From assembly GCF_000400465.1 (NCBI RefSeq), contig NW_008806277.1:144001-206000 (forward strand): a stretch of DNA of 62,000 nt, read 5' to 3'. Below the pieces are notes generated by a model. The model saw nothing but the letters and a program-made list of their open reading frames with translations. It did no database searches and was not told the DNA's origin. The position numbers and the translations under genes are program-made. Below, piece after piece: positions 34,824 to 46,060 of the stretch. Origin of the DNA: Wallemia ichthyophaga EXF-994. Lineage: Eukaryota; Fungi; Basidiomycota. Every line of letters begins with the position of its first letter. The stretch's first letter is position 1.

Positions 34824-36470
34824 TCAATCTATTTCGATTACTTCTTTGTGTTTTTCTAGGTGGGTGGTTTGAGTATGGAGGGATTTGATGAGGGATATAC
34901 TCACTCTTATTTCTGCTACTACTACTACTACTACTTCCAAAACCTTCTTCCTTAATTTTTGGCTTGCAATCTACAATCTTATCGAGCGTAGATTGTTTGG
35001 TATCGAACGGCTCAACATCGTGACCAAGAAAAGCCTGCTTTAGGTGTTAGTATGTTGTGATTTGTCTAAGCCAACCCACATCCCACGCACTGCCCGTTTC
35101 TTCCCTATTTATGTGTCAATCTACAGTTGAAACAACTTCAACCAACTCACAGCTTCATATCACCCATCAGTTGTCTTCTGTCAGTGTCTGTTTCGGTAAA
35201 ATCAAGTTCGTCTTCTGTTGTAGAACCTGAATCTTCGTTTTCCGGTTTTGTCTTTGTCTGAGACTTGTTAGGGATAACAATTGATATTCAAGCCAGCATC
35301 ACCCACCATAGCTGCTAAGCGCTTTTCAGTTGCTTCGAGGCGCAACGCGCGCGCACTCTTAGACGTAGCACGTTTTCTATAGGTTGAATTAGGATCTTGA
35401 CCTTTTTCCAAGCCAAGAGAGGCACCATCGACGCGATTACCAGCACCAATAGTCATGCCTTTTCGTGTTAGTGGTTTCTTGCGTTTTTTTGGTTTCCAGA
35501 CGCTAGACTTTGAGCGCGATTGAGCACCACCTAGTAAGTGTGCGAATGTTAGCTGGCGAGTAGGCCTACAGACAAATCTCACCGCAAATATAGTCGGCAA
35601 AATCACCAGCCGCGAGTGCAGTCTGACCTTGAACAGTTGCGTTATCTGCCAAGCGCGTCCCAGAGGACCAGTAGCCGTCACCAAAGTAGCCTTTCTGCCT
35701 GAGAGCTGTAGCCTGTGATCGGAGGTCTTCGTTGTACTGCGTTTGTGTGAGAGTGGCTTTTTTTATGACTGTGGCACACACTTTGTGAAAAAATTTTGAG
35801 TGATTCATGTCTGTGATAGGTGAGTTTGAGTGATTTTTCTGGGTAGCTCATCAAAAACTCACGTTTTATGTGCTAGTGGCTTTATCAGTCGAATCGATGC
35901 CTAAAGACAGCCTCACTCACCGCGAGCTCATGGCAAAGGACATTACTGGGGCGTCTGTGAGTGCTGTTTGGGATGCTTGAAAGATTAAAATTCTCACAGC
36001 AAGAAAGGGAAGGGATAGAATTGGCCGCTTGGTCTTCTGAGGACGAGTTCTGTGATGTCGTCATAAATTGATATTGGCAGACGATGAGCTTGGGCATACC
36101 AACAACCTAATCAGAGTGTTGGATGGTTTTTATGCTACTAATTCCACCCACATCCCCTGCATTCCAATTTCTGCCTACAAATACTTGGTTGAACTGGTAT
36201 TCCTCCAAGCTATTCACCTTAAGCCCCTCAGACTTCATCACTGGCCTAACCTGGGCAGCTAAAGAGCGTAGCAGACTAGGCAACTCATTAGCAACTCCTC
36301 CACTCGCGCTGATCCGCTTCACTCAACTCCCTAGCCTCCTTCTGATTGCTGGCTGGCAATGCCGTAGTAAAATTAATTTCTGGGTTTGGATTCGCCTCCT
36401 TCTCGTTTATCCTGCGTGCATCACAATGAGCTATTATCTACACCCTGAAATTTCCACACCTCAGCACCAT
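34824..36470 (-). CDS. WSS1: WLM-domain metalloprotease (Wss1-like), many short exons; 3' end approximate
   Basis: Spliced MVLRINEKEANPNPEINFTTAL..LLRSLAAQVRPVMK..LEEY..GRNWNAGD|VV|ELVLR..VLCHELA|HIK|HMNHSK, then KGYFGDGYWS.G.RL. Confidence 0.8.
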
Positions 36471-36622
36471 GAAGTAGAATGAAATAAAGTGAAGTTGATA
36501 CATTGTGCTGAGTAATCCAATCTCAAATATTTTCAAATCGTTCACCGATTACGCCATCTCTGCGATGCCTAGAAGTGGAGCTTGATAGGCATGCTTTATA
36601 GTCACATATCTGGAAATTGGCC

Positions 36623-36712
36623 GCGGGGATGACATGAAGGCTGTGTAAATTCAATATATACTGCACGTGGAGTCGCTCGCCTTTACTTGGTTGCCCGGTG
36701 CCCGAGTGCCCG
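36623..36712. promoter_or_regulatory. Candidate regulatory cluster upstream of the AA9-like gene: SYGGRG (CreA/Mig1-type) site, CACGTG E-box and three TGCCCG repeats
   Basis: GCGGGG at 36623-36628, CACGTG at 36664-36669, and TGCCCG at 36692, 36699 and 36707. Function is inferred only. Confidence 0.3.
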
Positions 36713-36983
36713 GGTGTCTGTCGCAGCAAACACACAGGGAGTTCAGTAGACCAATGTAAGGGGCAAGTATACTCAAATATACGTTTATTATTCCATATGA
36801 CACCCTCAATGCTATCGCAAAACCGTGTTTTACCCTTGTTTCAATTTTTACTCCGCTTTGCCTTTAAAAGCGCACTAATTCACTCTTCTTTGTTATCAGC
36901 TATCAACTCGAAAGCAGCAGAGCTTCTTTCAAGAATAAAACATCTTTAAGTCTTCACAATCTCTTAATCTCACAGCAAGATCT

Positions 36984-38138
36984 ATGTTATTAACATCAAC
37001 ACTCCTTGCAATCGTAGCAACTGTCACAGCTCACGGGACTGTCAACCGTATCGACGTTGAAGGCGGACAGTCATTCTCTGGCCCACTAATCGGCTCAAAC
37101 GACAACAGCGGCCCAATCTGGCATGTCTCAACTAGCAGTCCAGTCACGGACCTCCAAAGCAATTCAATGTTCTGTGGTGTTGACGCTATCCCTGGTCAGC
37201 AATCACCTAATATCGGTGCTGGCTCGACTTTAACCATCCACTGGGGACAAGGTTACGCAGACAGTGGTGACCAATGGCCTCATAACACAGGCCCAATCAT
37301 GACCTACATGGCTAAATGTAATGGTGACTGCAGTAACGCAGACTCTGCCAGCTCCAACTTTTTCAAGATCTCCGAGCTCGGTATTGAGAATGGTGAATGG
37401 GTTCAAGCTCAACTCAAGAATGGTCAACCATACTCTGTTCAAATCCCAAATGATGTCCAACCTGGTAAGTGCATTGTGTGACTACTTAATATGGCTAAGA
37501 CTGTGACAGGTAATTACCTAATTAGAACGGAGATCGTTGCACTCCATTCAGGCGTTGAGAGTTACCCATCATGCTCACAGTTCACTGTGACTGGTGATGG
37601 CTCAAACTCATACGCAAGCGCTACAGCTAAATTCCCTGGTGCCTACTTAGCTTCTGATCCTGGTCTTCAAATTGCCGGTGGATCCGTATACAATATTCAA
37701 TCGAGTGTTGAATACCAATTTCCTGGTCCAGCACCCGTTACTGGAGTTCACTTGGGTGTACCTGTTGGTAGAAACGGAGGCAGCAAAAAGTTTGCTGCTC
37801 AACAGCCAAGCTCGGATTCATCACACTCAAGTTACAGCTCGGATAGCCAATCATTTAGCCAGCAATCGCAACAAAATGAATCAAAGTCGCAATCACAATC
37901 AAATGGACCAGACTCAGAATCTGGTAACTCTGGTTGCAACAACCAATACGAACAATGCCTTCAAGCATATGTTCCAGGCAGCGGAGACTTTGATTGTCAG
38001 ACTCAATTTGTCTCATGTCAACAACAGTCACTAGGAAGACGTTGGTCTACCATTCAAAGACCAACCAAACGCTCAAAATCGTTGAAGCGCACTCAACAAC
38101 GCAACGCTAGAATGATGTATCGTACCGTTCATTTGTAA
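36984..38138 (+). CDS. AA9-like lytic polysaccharide monooxygenase with a Ser/Gln-rich linker and a 4-Cys tail
   Basis: Signal peptide followed by mature His1 (A|HGTV), then WPHNTGPIMTYMAKC, FFKISE and IP..VQPG|NYLIRTEIVALH..ESYPSCSQ. Confidence 0.88.
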
Positions 38139-38608
38139 ACGGAGATAACTTCAACGCGGCTTTCATTCTCGAATAAAACAATAAGGAACCGGATTCCTTC
38201 AAATTGATTATAGCACATATCTCCCTCTCTTTACATACCTTGACGGTGCCATGTATTCTAACTAACGCTCGCTTATCTTATAACAGATCTGGAGGTCTTA
38301 CGAAATCACATCAATGTAAACAATACATATTTAACACGATTGTTGATCAATCTGTTTTCTTCTACGATAATTCCTTTTGGTGTAATGTGTGATGTCTTAG
38401 CAGTTGACGAGCTCTGGCACTTATTGCAAAATAAATTGTAGAAAATGGACCATGTATTTAAACAATGATATCATGTATTGAGTTTAAGTCTATTAAATAT
38501 TTGCCCTTTTATCCTAAAAAAACAATTTACTGACAAGTGTTCCGATCTATATGTACTTGAGATTTATAACGCGAAGGAATTAGTTAGTGAAAAATTATTT
38601 CCGTGATG

Positions 38609-40852
38609 CTACATAGCTGAGCGTCCAGCGGCTTTTTGTTTGATTAGAGTTGTCAAATACGAACAATCAACTACTTACTTTCGATTGGCAAAAATATTTG
38701 TGAAAGTCCACAGAATATTAAAAGTGCTCCAGAAACATACAGTGGTGTGGGTGATCCCGCTTTAGCCCCAAATGCGTGAATGATTGGTGCGAGTAAACCG
38801 AAAATTCTGTTCAAGCTGCTGCAAAGCGCGTCACCGGTAGCGCGATGTGGTCCAGGGAATGCTTCTGGTGTGTACTTTGGAAAATATCAGTAAGTTGAGG
38901 CTAATAAATCAACCAACTTACAGCAAAGAGAATACCATACATAGCATTTTGTGCGAAGGAGGCAACACATTGGAATGCGAGAATAGAGTCAGGTTGCTTC
39001 GTTGATGAGAACAAGAAGATGAAGATACCGGTTAAGATGGAGAAAATAGACAGTGCACCACGTCTACCAAACCAGCGACCTTTGACTTCAACGAGACCAG
39101 CAGCTATTAATGAACCTGGAATACCCAATACTGCTTGGATGGTGTAATCACGATATGTGTGATAAGTGTCCGAGTTGGTTTTTCCGTTCAAATAAGTTGG
39201 CAAGAATGAGTTGTATAAGGGGTAAGCAAGTCCGATGAGTGCCCAAGACATCATAAGTAAAATTGTGTTGATTGCAAGCTTTTTGGTGGCGAAAAGAGGC
39301 TGCAAAAATCTTAAATGATCTGAAGAGCGAAAGAGCGAGGAAATTACGCACCTTAATATGATTCAAGTTCATATGAGCCAAGTTCATTTTTATGAGCTCT
39401 TTAGTGGAGAATTTCTGTGGCTTTTGATCGAATTCCAGGCCCTGAGCACGAATGGCATCCTTCATCTTCTCCAAAGTGAGTGGGCATTCGACTCTGTTTT
39501 TCTTTGCAATATGCTCAATAACAGCAACAGCAGCCTCATCCTTTCCTTGGCTGAGGTAAAACTATACATAGTCAATACCGTACCTATAATTATGATTAAA
39601 CCAACCTTTGGAGATTCCTTGATCGGCAAAATGAAAGAACGAGTAAGGAACATCAAGAAAGTGAATCCGCCAACAACAAATAGACCATAACGCCATCCAG
39701 CATTAGTGTCCCAATTACAATTGCCGGCATCTGCCATAGCCTGATCACAAGCCCACTGCGGTTGACTGACGAAACCCCAAACAGCGACAGAACTTATTAC
39801 GAGACCGAGTGACCAGAAAGAGGAGAGCAAAGTAAGCAGCCATTGCTGTTTGGCTGGCAGGAATTCAAGCAGAAGCGCTCCATCGACTGGGAGATTACCG
39901 CCCAATCCTAGTCCAACACCAGCTGCCATGGCAGAAAAAGAAACGAAGCTGTTGGCTGATCCGATAGCAGTACCAAATGCACCACAAAGAAAAAGTGATG
40001 CATTGAACGATAGGAGCTTTTGACTGTTATGATGTATAGGTGAAGACAGATTGTACTCACACGACCAAATATGTCAGCTGAAAAGCCGAAGAAAGTAGCA
40101 CCAATAACCAAACCGACATAAAGTGCGAGCTGTGTATGATTAGTAAAAAACTTTTCAGTGTGATTTACTTTAACGTACAGTTGCCATCTCAAAATTTTCT
40201 GGTTGGAATTCATAGGTTATCCAGGTCAAAGAGACGGCAATTGCTCTGGGTGGTGGAAGTGTTAAGTTGGTTCAAATGCGTATGCAGGTGTACTCACTGA
40301 ATCCTGCATAAGTGTGAGTTTTTATGTGAGACCTAGTCAAATTAACGCACCACATGTTATCAGCTGAAAAGATTTAGTTAGGCTATTCGAATGCATGACC
40401 TCACTCACCAAGCCTGCCGCAGAGATTTAGAAGCTGTAAATATCAGAATGAACGACTCACCATCCCATTCCTAGTCATGAGTGAGCAAATATGCAAATCA
40501 ACGCTAACGAAGAAGGCTCACCTGCAACAAAGAAGAGTTGAATCTGATATCTCCCGAAGCCCATTTGATTCAGCGCATCGTTCACCTTAAACCTTGTCAG
40601 CCTTAGCTAATTTTTAATTAAGCAATCTACCATTTGGCATTTTATCTAGTAAATGACTTAATCAGCTCTGATAAAAAGCTTAGGCTTGGTGCTTACAGTA
40701 TAAGAATGCTCCAACCCATATGCTGAGCTGTTATCCAAACTCGATTCCGACTCGCTCACTTGTTTTGTATCGTAGAGAACCTTCTTCTCAGGTGATTGGT
40801 CTGAATGGTTAGACTGCGTCTGTAGCTGCTGTTCCATGTCTTTATTGTTCAT
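38609..40852 (-). CDS. MFS transporter (SV2/SVOP-like sugar-porter branch), many introns
   Basis: Motifs GMGWLADNMW, SADIFGR, GLGGNLPVD..LLEFLP, WRY, ESPK, FGRRGAL and AMYGILF. Ends PIETAGRSAM*. Confidence 0.88.
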
Positions 40853-41637
40853 TTCAATTTAATTTAAACTCGCTCCTGATCAAGGATTGCGCTCCGCTCA
40901 CAAGTTTGACGATCTTGAGGATTCTCCCATTAATATAAAATGAATATGGGAGCATCGTTATTTTTATAAAAATAAGCAAGTCAATCACTGACCTGAGAGC
41001 AAAGCGCACGTATTTTCCTCGGCTTTGTACGCTCATTCAACGAAGAGATTTAGCCAATTTCACCATCATCTGATATCATCATCAGTTACATAACAATTGT
41101 GATGTGCATTAAGAAATCTATCACGCTTTACAACTTTTAAATTAACTCTTTTATATTCCATGTTCTTTTCTTTCTATCCGCATCCGTAAATCTTTCTCCG
41201 CCGTTTCACACCCTGCCGATAAGCGGTACCCAAATTGAGTCTTGTTAGCACCGATGAGCTTCTTGAGTTATTCTGCATTCCACAATACTTTAAACTAAAC
41301 GTTTTACATTCATGCCAAATGCCAATTAATTCCGAATCAAATTTTTGAGCTTCACGCCCTTCAAATTTCCAAGTCAAATCAAATTTTTAAAGGCGCTCAT
41401 TTTGAATACTAAAGGGGAACTTTCACGACTCACCTCAAATTAAAAAATCGCACATATCTCCGGCAAATGACGAAAAAATCGTGATTGAATCACACTGGCA
41501 TGCAAAAAAAGAATCTACGCATGAATTAATATAATTTTTATGCCGTAACTCCAGATTCCATTTCGCTGATATCGTACCTTGATCATCTCGCGCCACTGAT
41601 CCAGTTACAGACATCTGAGAAGACATTTGACTCCAAA

Positions 41638-43883
41638 TTACGTAAGTCTATTCAAATCGGTACAATACTGATAGAATCATTACAAACAACTTGTAAACCG
41701 ACTTTAAGCGAATCAGCCAAGTTGCTATCGAATTTTTGTATAGTCTTGGCGGGCTCCTCGCCGATACTCTCGCACGGGACATCCCGCTCCATTCTATTGA
41801 GCACCTCATTGGTCGACTGTGATAAAAATGTTCTGACGGCGAGTGGATCAGATCTCAGTGCTGCGGGCGGCAGGGTATTCTTCAGGTTTGTGTGCGTCGC
41901 TTGAAGCGCGCCTAAAGCTTGTGACGCTGGCAAAGTTGTGATATTACCCTGTGTAAGCGTCGTCATGCGCACGACTGGAAGCTTTTAATGAGGTCAGCGG
42001 GTGTGCACGTTATCTAACGGTAAGCTCACAAGGAGATAGTGATACGAGGAGGCATTGGGTAAGTAGCTGTGCCCGAGTCTGATTGCAGATACCAGAGTGA
42101 AAGCAATGTCATTCAATAGTGTCTCTTTGAAAGAAGACGCGGAGATTGACTTCCAGTTCTTGATCAATAGTTCCAGAGTGTTAGATAGAGTAGACCATAA
42201 TTCATACCAATGGTATTCTGTGGAGCGCGTTAGAATGTGGTACACTAATACTCAATAACCACCCACGTAAGCTCGCCTGCAATCGCTGAATATGCCAGAG
42301 CGCACGATTAATGATATGTACTGCAATTAATGAGTTCTCAATGTTAAACTCCTCCTTCTCTGCAGGCTTGGGTATATTGAATCTCAAGTATATTGTACAG
42401 CAATCCAACACTGACTCCATCATTGGTCTATATGCTTTCGGTACTGGTAGTTGAGGCTTCCGCTGCCTACATATGTCTATGCGTCTATTGTCTATAACTG
42501 GTGCTGCGGAATTTGGTGTTAACGGTGTGTTAGTACCGTTGGATTGTAAAGGCTGACTCTTTGGTGATTGTGGCACTGAAGATGGCGCGCTCTTACCTGA
42601 AGAGTTTGAGGAGGTTGGTTTGAGAAGTACCTCTGCGCATTCATCTGCCTCTACTAAGGCTGAGACGGTGTACAAACCTAACGAAGCATATGCTTGTGCA
42701 CGCTTATTGGCGGATGCATGTGTGAAGATGTACGAAAGTGCGGAAAGTAGAGTTACTGGAGCGTTAGGTTCACCTGGCGGTTGACTGTAAATCAAAACCT
42801 CGCATAGCAAACCTGAAAATATTGAGTTGGCATTAATGAACTCGAAAAATGGCAGTAGAATGGCTGTCACGTTGGCAGGTCTAGAGAATCGCGTTAGCTT
42901 TGTCCTAAGCACCACTGAAAACGACCCACAAATCACCATACACTTCTTTTGATATATTGGAATCATCATGATTGTTTGAAAAGGGCAATATTGACATTAT
43001 TGAGTTGGAGATAGACTTAGCAGGTAGTCTGGTGTGATATTCACTGATGCATTTTTCCATTGCAGTGCTCGTTATCAAGATAATCTTTTTCATGACGTCT
43101 GTCTCAACAAAATCACGCACACGACGTAGGTATCTGTTGAGATTTTGAGCTTGAGCTTTGTGATAGTTGGATAAAACGCCTATCAAGAGAGTGGCCTCAA
43201 AAGTGAAACCAGTAGTCGGAGGGGAGGAAATGATTCTGATGAGTGAGTTGAAGAGATCACGTCTTTGAAAGAAGGCACCTATAGCACCTTGATTAACACC
43301 ACAAACAAAAAGAATTGTCAAGTGTAAAGTGCGATGAATTGTGGCAGAGTTAGCTTCGGGGTATTTAAGGGTGTTGTCGATTGCTGCGACTAAGTCAGAT
43401 ATTGTTTTGTCGCTATGTCCATTGCCGCAAAGAGCTTGGGTGATGTTTGTAGATATCTTAAGCTTTGAGATAACAGTTTTTGAGAGTAAAACCATTGTCT
43501 ACGAATTTGTATTAGCTGTGCAGAAAGCAAAAAACACAAGCAACGTACGTGTAAAGCGTTGAGCTTTCTAGGATCATCGAAGGAACTCTTTTGATAGAAC
43601 TCCAAGGACATAGTAAAGAATAGAGTGATTATAGGCTGAAGATCCTTTTCAATCCTCGTTGATTCAAACTGATCGAATTGAGTTGCGAACCAGAGACGGT
43701 GACTGGGCAGCCAATCAAGGCAGAATAAATCGGTGAAGAACCTCTTTTGATCAGATTCGGCGTCCTTTGGTAGTTTTCCCTGGTGTGGATAAGAATGAGT
43801 GCGATAAGGAGGGTATAGCGTACATCAAAGAATTGCTGGTAAATAGAAATGAGCTTTGGTTGTCGTTGAACAGCGCTGTGCAT
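41638..43883 (-). CDS. Armadillo-like DUF1741/ARMH3 (C10orf76)-type protein; 3' end approximate
   Basis: Spliced MHSAVQRQPKLISIYQQFFD|GKL...FFTDLFCL, then RDLFNSL, ATLLIGVLSNYHK and WYELWSTL. A continuous helical protein across 5 ORF pieces. Confidence 0.6.
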
Positions 43884-43965
43884 TTTGAGTGTACAAATCG
43901 AATTTGACCACGTCGCAGAGAGACGAGAAGGTAACTCGGTTCGGAACGACCAAGTTGAGGATATT

Positions 43966-44366
43966 ATGAGTGAGAAAGCGAGGGAAATGATTGAGATTCC
44001 ACAGCAATTCTTGAAGGAAGGATCTCAAGTGGGTTTGAATGTTTTCAACTGCATTATCACTGATGAGCTGTAGTTCATGAACAGGTGTACCAAGCCAAAC
44101 CAGCGCGGTTAGTAGATTTCCTGGGGAAATTGGCTTTACTAACGTACAAGGAAGAATACATACAAATCTGTAAGGCAGTTGCCATAGGATTTGCTATAAT
44201 GGGATTCATTGGTTACTTTGTGAAGCTGATACACATTCCAATGTGAGTTTGGTGATATATGAATGTAATAATCTAATGCAACCTCCAGCAACAACATTCT
44301 CGTGTAAGAAACCAAAACTCATCGATGACGTATAAGCTAACAGAAGCATACAGCGCTGGTCAATAG
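43966..44366 (+). CDS. SSS1: Sec61 translocon gamma subunit
   Basis: Hand-spliced from 5 exons: [67 protein letters not shown]... Confidence 0.95.
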
Positions 44367-44545
44367 AATGTAAAGGTTAAAAAGGGGAATCGTAAACTGA
44401 ATGAATTTGTGTACTAAATAATCTCATATCATTAGTCTCTTTCCGGGATATTTGTGTGATGCTTATGTGAAAATTGATGTTTGAGGCTATAACGGTGTAA
44501 TCTGAAGCGATCTGAGTACTCTAAACCTTTTACCAAGTCAATTAA

Positions 44546-45007
44546 ATGTCAAGTTTAAATTCAAAATTATTTTCCAAAAAGCAAACACAGCCTCGACTTC
44601 CCACGCCATACCTACGACCCTCTGAAATGGGAAACAAGCAGCCTTCAGCGAAACCAACGAAACCAGCGACGCTTCTGTCACCTGCGAATATATTAAAGAT
44701 AGCTATCACTCAATTAACATACCCTTTCTCACTGGTCAACAAGAAAACGAAATCGACTAAAAATAGATTAATCGATCACAACCAGAGCAGGCTGAACAGA
44801 TTACTTCATTTGATAATGACTGTTTCAATGCTTATTATCGTCGTTATCACATTTTATATATTTCAAACCAAGATTTCGCGACAAATTCAATCTCAAACTC
44901 AGTCATATCCGCATCAACAGCCAAGGAGAATGTGCAGGCGGCGCATTCCGAGTAAGTGTGGTGCTGCTGATGATATTCAGCTACTGATTTTGCATTCAGA
45001 TGGATAA
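44546..45007 (+). CDS. Small hypothetical single-pass membrane protein
   Basis: 153-aa ORF with one hydrophobic segment (LLHLIMTVSMLIIVVITFYIF). A probable 48-nt in-frame intron lies near the 3' end. No family recognised. Confidence 0.5.
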   Translation: MSSLNSKLFSKKQTQPRLPTPYLRPSEMGNKQPSAKPTKPATLLSPANILKIAITQLTYPFSLVNKKTKSTKNRLIDHNQSRLNRLLHLIMTVSMLIIVVITFYIFQTKISRQIQSQTQSYPHQQPRRMCRRRIPSKCGAADDIQLLILHSDG

Positions 45008-45155
45008 ATAAATCAAATTACTCAGCAGTTGTTTTCTTTCTTCTTCTGTCTTGGAATATTGTGTCGCATTTCAAATATTTAATTATACAACTGTACAAAT
45101 ATACAACTGTACAATTATACATGATAATTTATTCGTTTAATCATTCATTCCAGCG

Positions 45156-45669
45156 CTACGCCAACGCGAGTGATACATATCTAGACATAGACACAAAGCT
45201 TTAGCGTCAAATATTGATCACCATAAAACTTAACTCACCCCAATATCATACTCAGACCACCTAAAGGTGTTACCGGTCCTAAAAACTTAAATCTAACTAA
45301 CGTTAATGAAAATTTTGTCATTGAAACACAATCACTAACTTATCTCTGTTCAGCACCAGTGCATATATTGATCCAGAGAACAAAATTGATCCAGTAAGTA
45401 TAGCAGGTGCAGCAAATTTAGACTTTGACGCACGAGGATGCAGACTCGTTGCCATCAGCGCTAAACCGTTGAAGACGGCATAGTGTGACCCTGTCATCCA
45501 ACTCTCAATCTGCCTTGGCTGAATACCCGCTCTTGCACGTAATCCTGCTTATCAATTAGCTGTGCGATTGTCCATCGAAAAATAGCGCACCATGTGCTCC
45601 AAATGCTCCAAAGCCAATACCAGTAGCTGCCAATAAAGCCCCAGATTTCCAAATCACAGTTTCGTTCAT
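45156..45669 (-). CDS. DUF423 / TMEM256 (YgdD-like) small membrane protein
   Basis: Spliced GAFGAH|GL..HYAVFNGL..LFSGSIYALVL..FLGPVTPLGG. Confidence 0.9.
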
Positions 45670-45733
45670 TTTCCCTTTAGCGATGATGGCTGTCTTCTTC
45701 CATCTAACCTCTAAACACCCAACATCCACAGAA

Positions 45734-46001
45734 ATGACTTTGAGCGTGGCTGAAGCTAGTGATCCAAAGAAGAACCCCCTCAATCCAGAAGGCATAAAAC
45801 CGTAAGTCTCTTCACCGAACACCGATAAGCCACTAAGATTTCCTTAGTTGCTGTGTATGTCCACAGACCAAGAAAGCAAGAGATGAATGCTTCCTTTTCA
45901 ATGGCTCAAATGCAGACTCTTCCAACGGCTCATCCGATGCTTGCAAGGGCGTTTTAGAAGCTCATCAAGCGTGTATGCGTTCATTTGGATTCCCAGTTTG
46001 A
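45734..46001 (+). CDS. COX17: Mitochondrial copper chaperone Cox17
   Basis: Two exons give ...GIKPCCVCPQTKKARDEC...CKGVLEAHQACMRSFGFPV*, with the CCxC copper site and twin CX9C. Not in the ORF track. Confidence 0.95.
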
Positions 46002-46060
46002 TCTACCTTTCAACTCTAGACGTCTCTTTAAATTATTAACATTAAGTGTACAAACATTCA

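Noticed and set aside
36320-36400. Suspected frameshift in the first exons of the WSS1-like gene
   Set aside because: Careful re-reading gives TTG CCA GCC AGC AAT CAG AAG GAG GCT AGG GA|T, which is in frame (LPASNQKEARD). The gene is not disrupted.
36674-36692. TCGCCTTTACTT resembling the U5 snRNA loop 1
   Set aside because: It has three T's instead of the invariant GCCUUUUAC, the flanks do not form the U5 stem, and no Sm site follows at the right distance.
40854-41036. 60-aa ORF ending 1 nt before the MFS start (possible uORF)
   Set aside because: It lies in AT-rich promoter DNA with no recognisable features, and there is no evidence that it is inside the transcript.
43630-43900. Protein-like plus-strand frame upstream of SSS1
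   Set aside because: It has no start, contains a stop, and is the antisense shadow of the first exons of the ARMH3-like gene.
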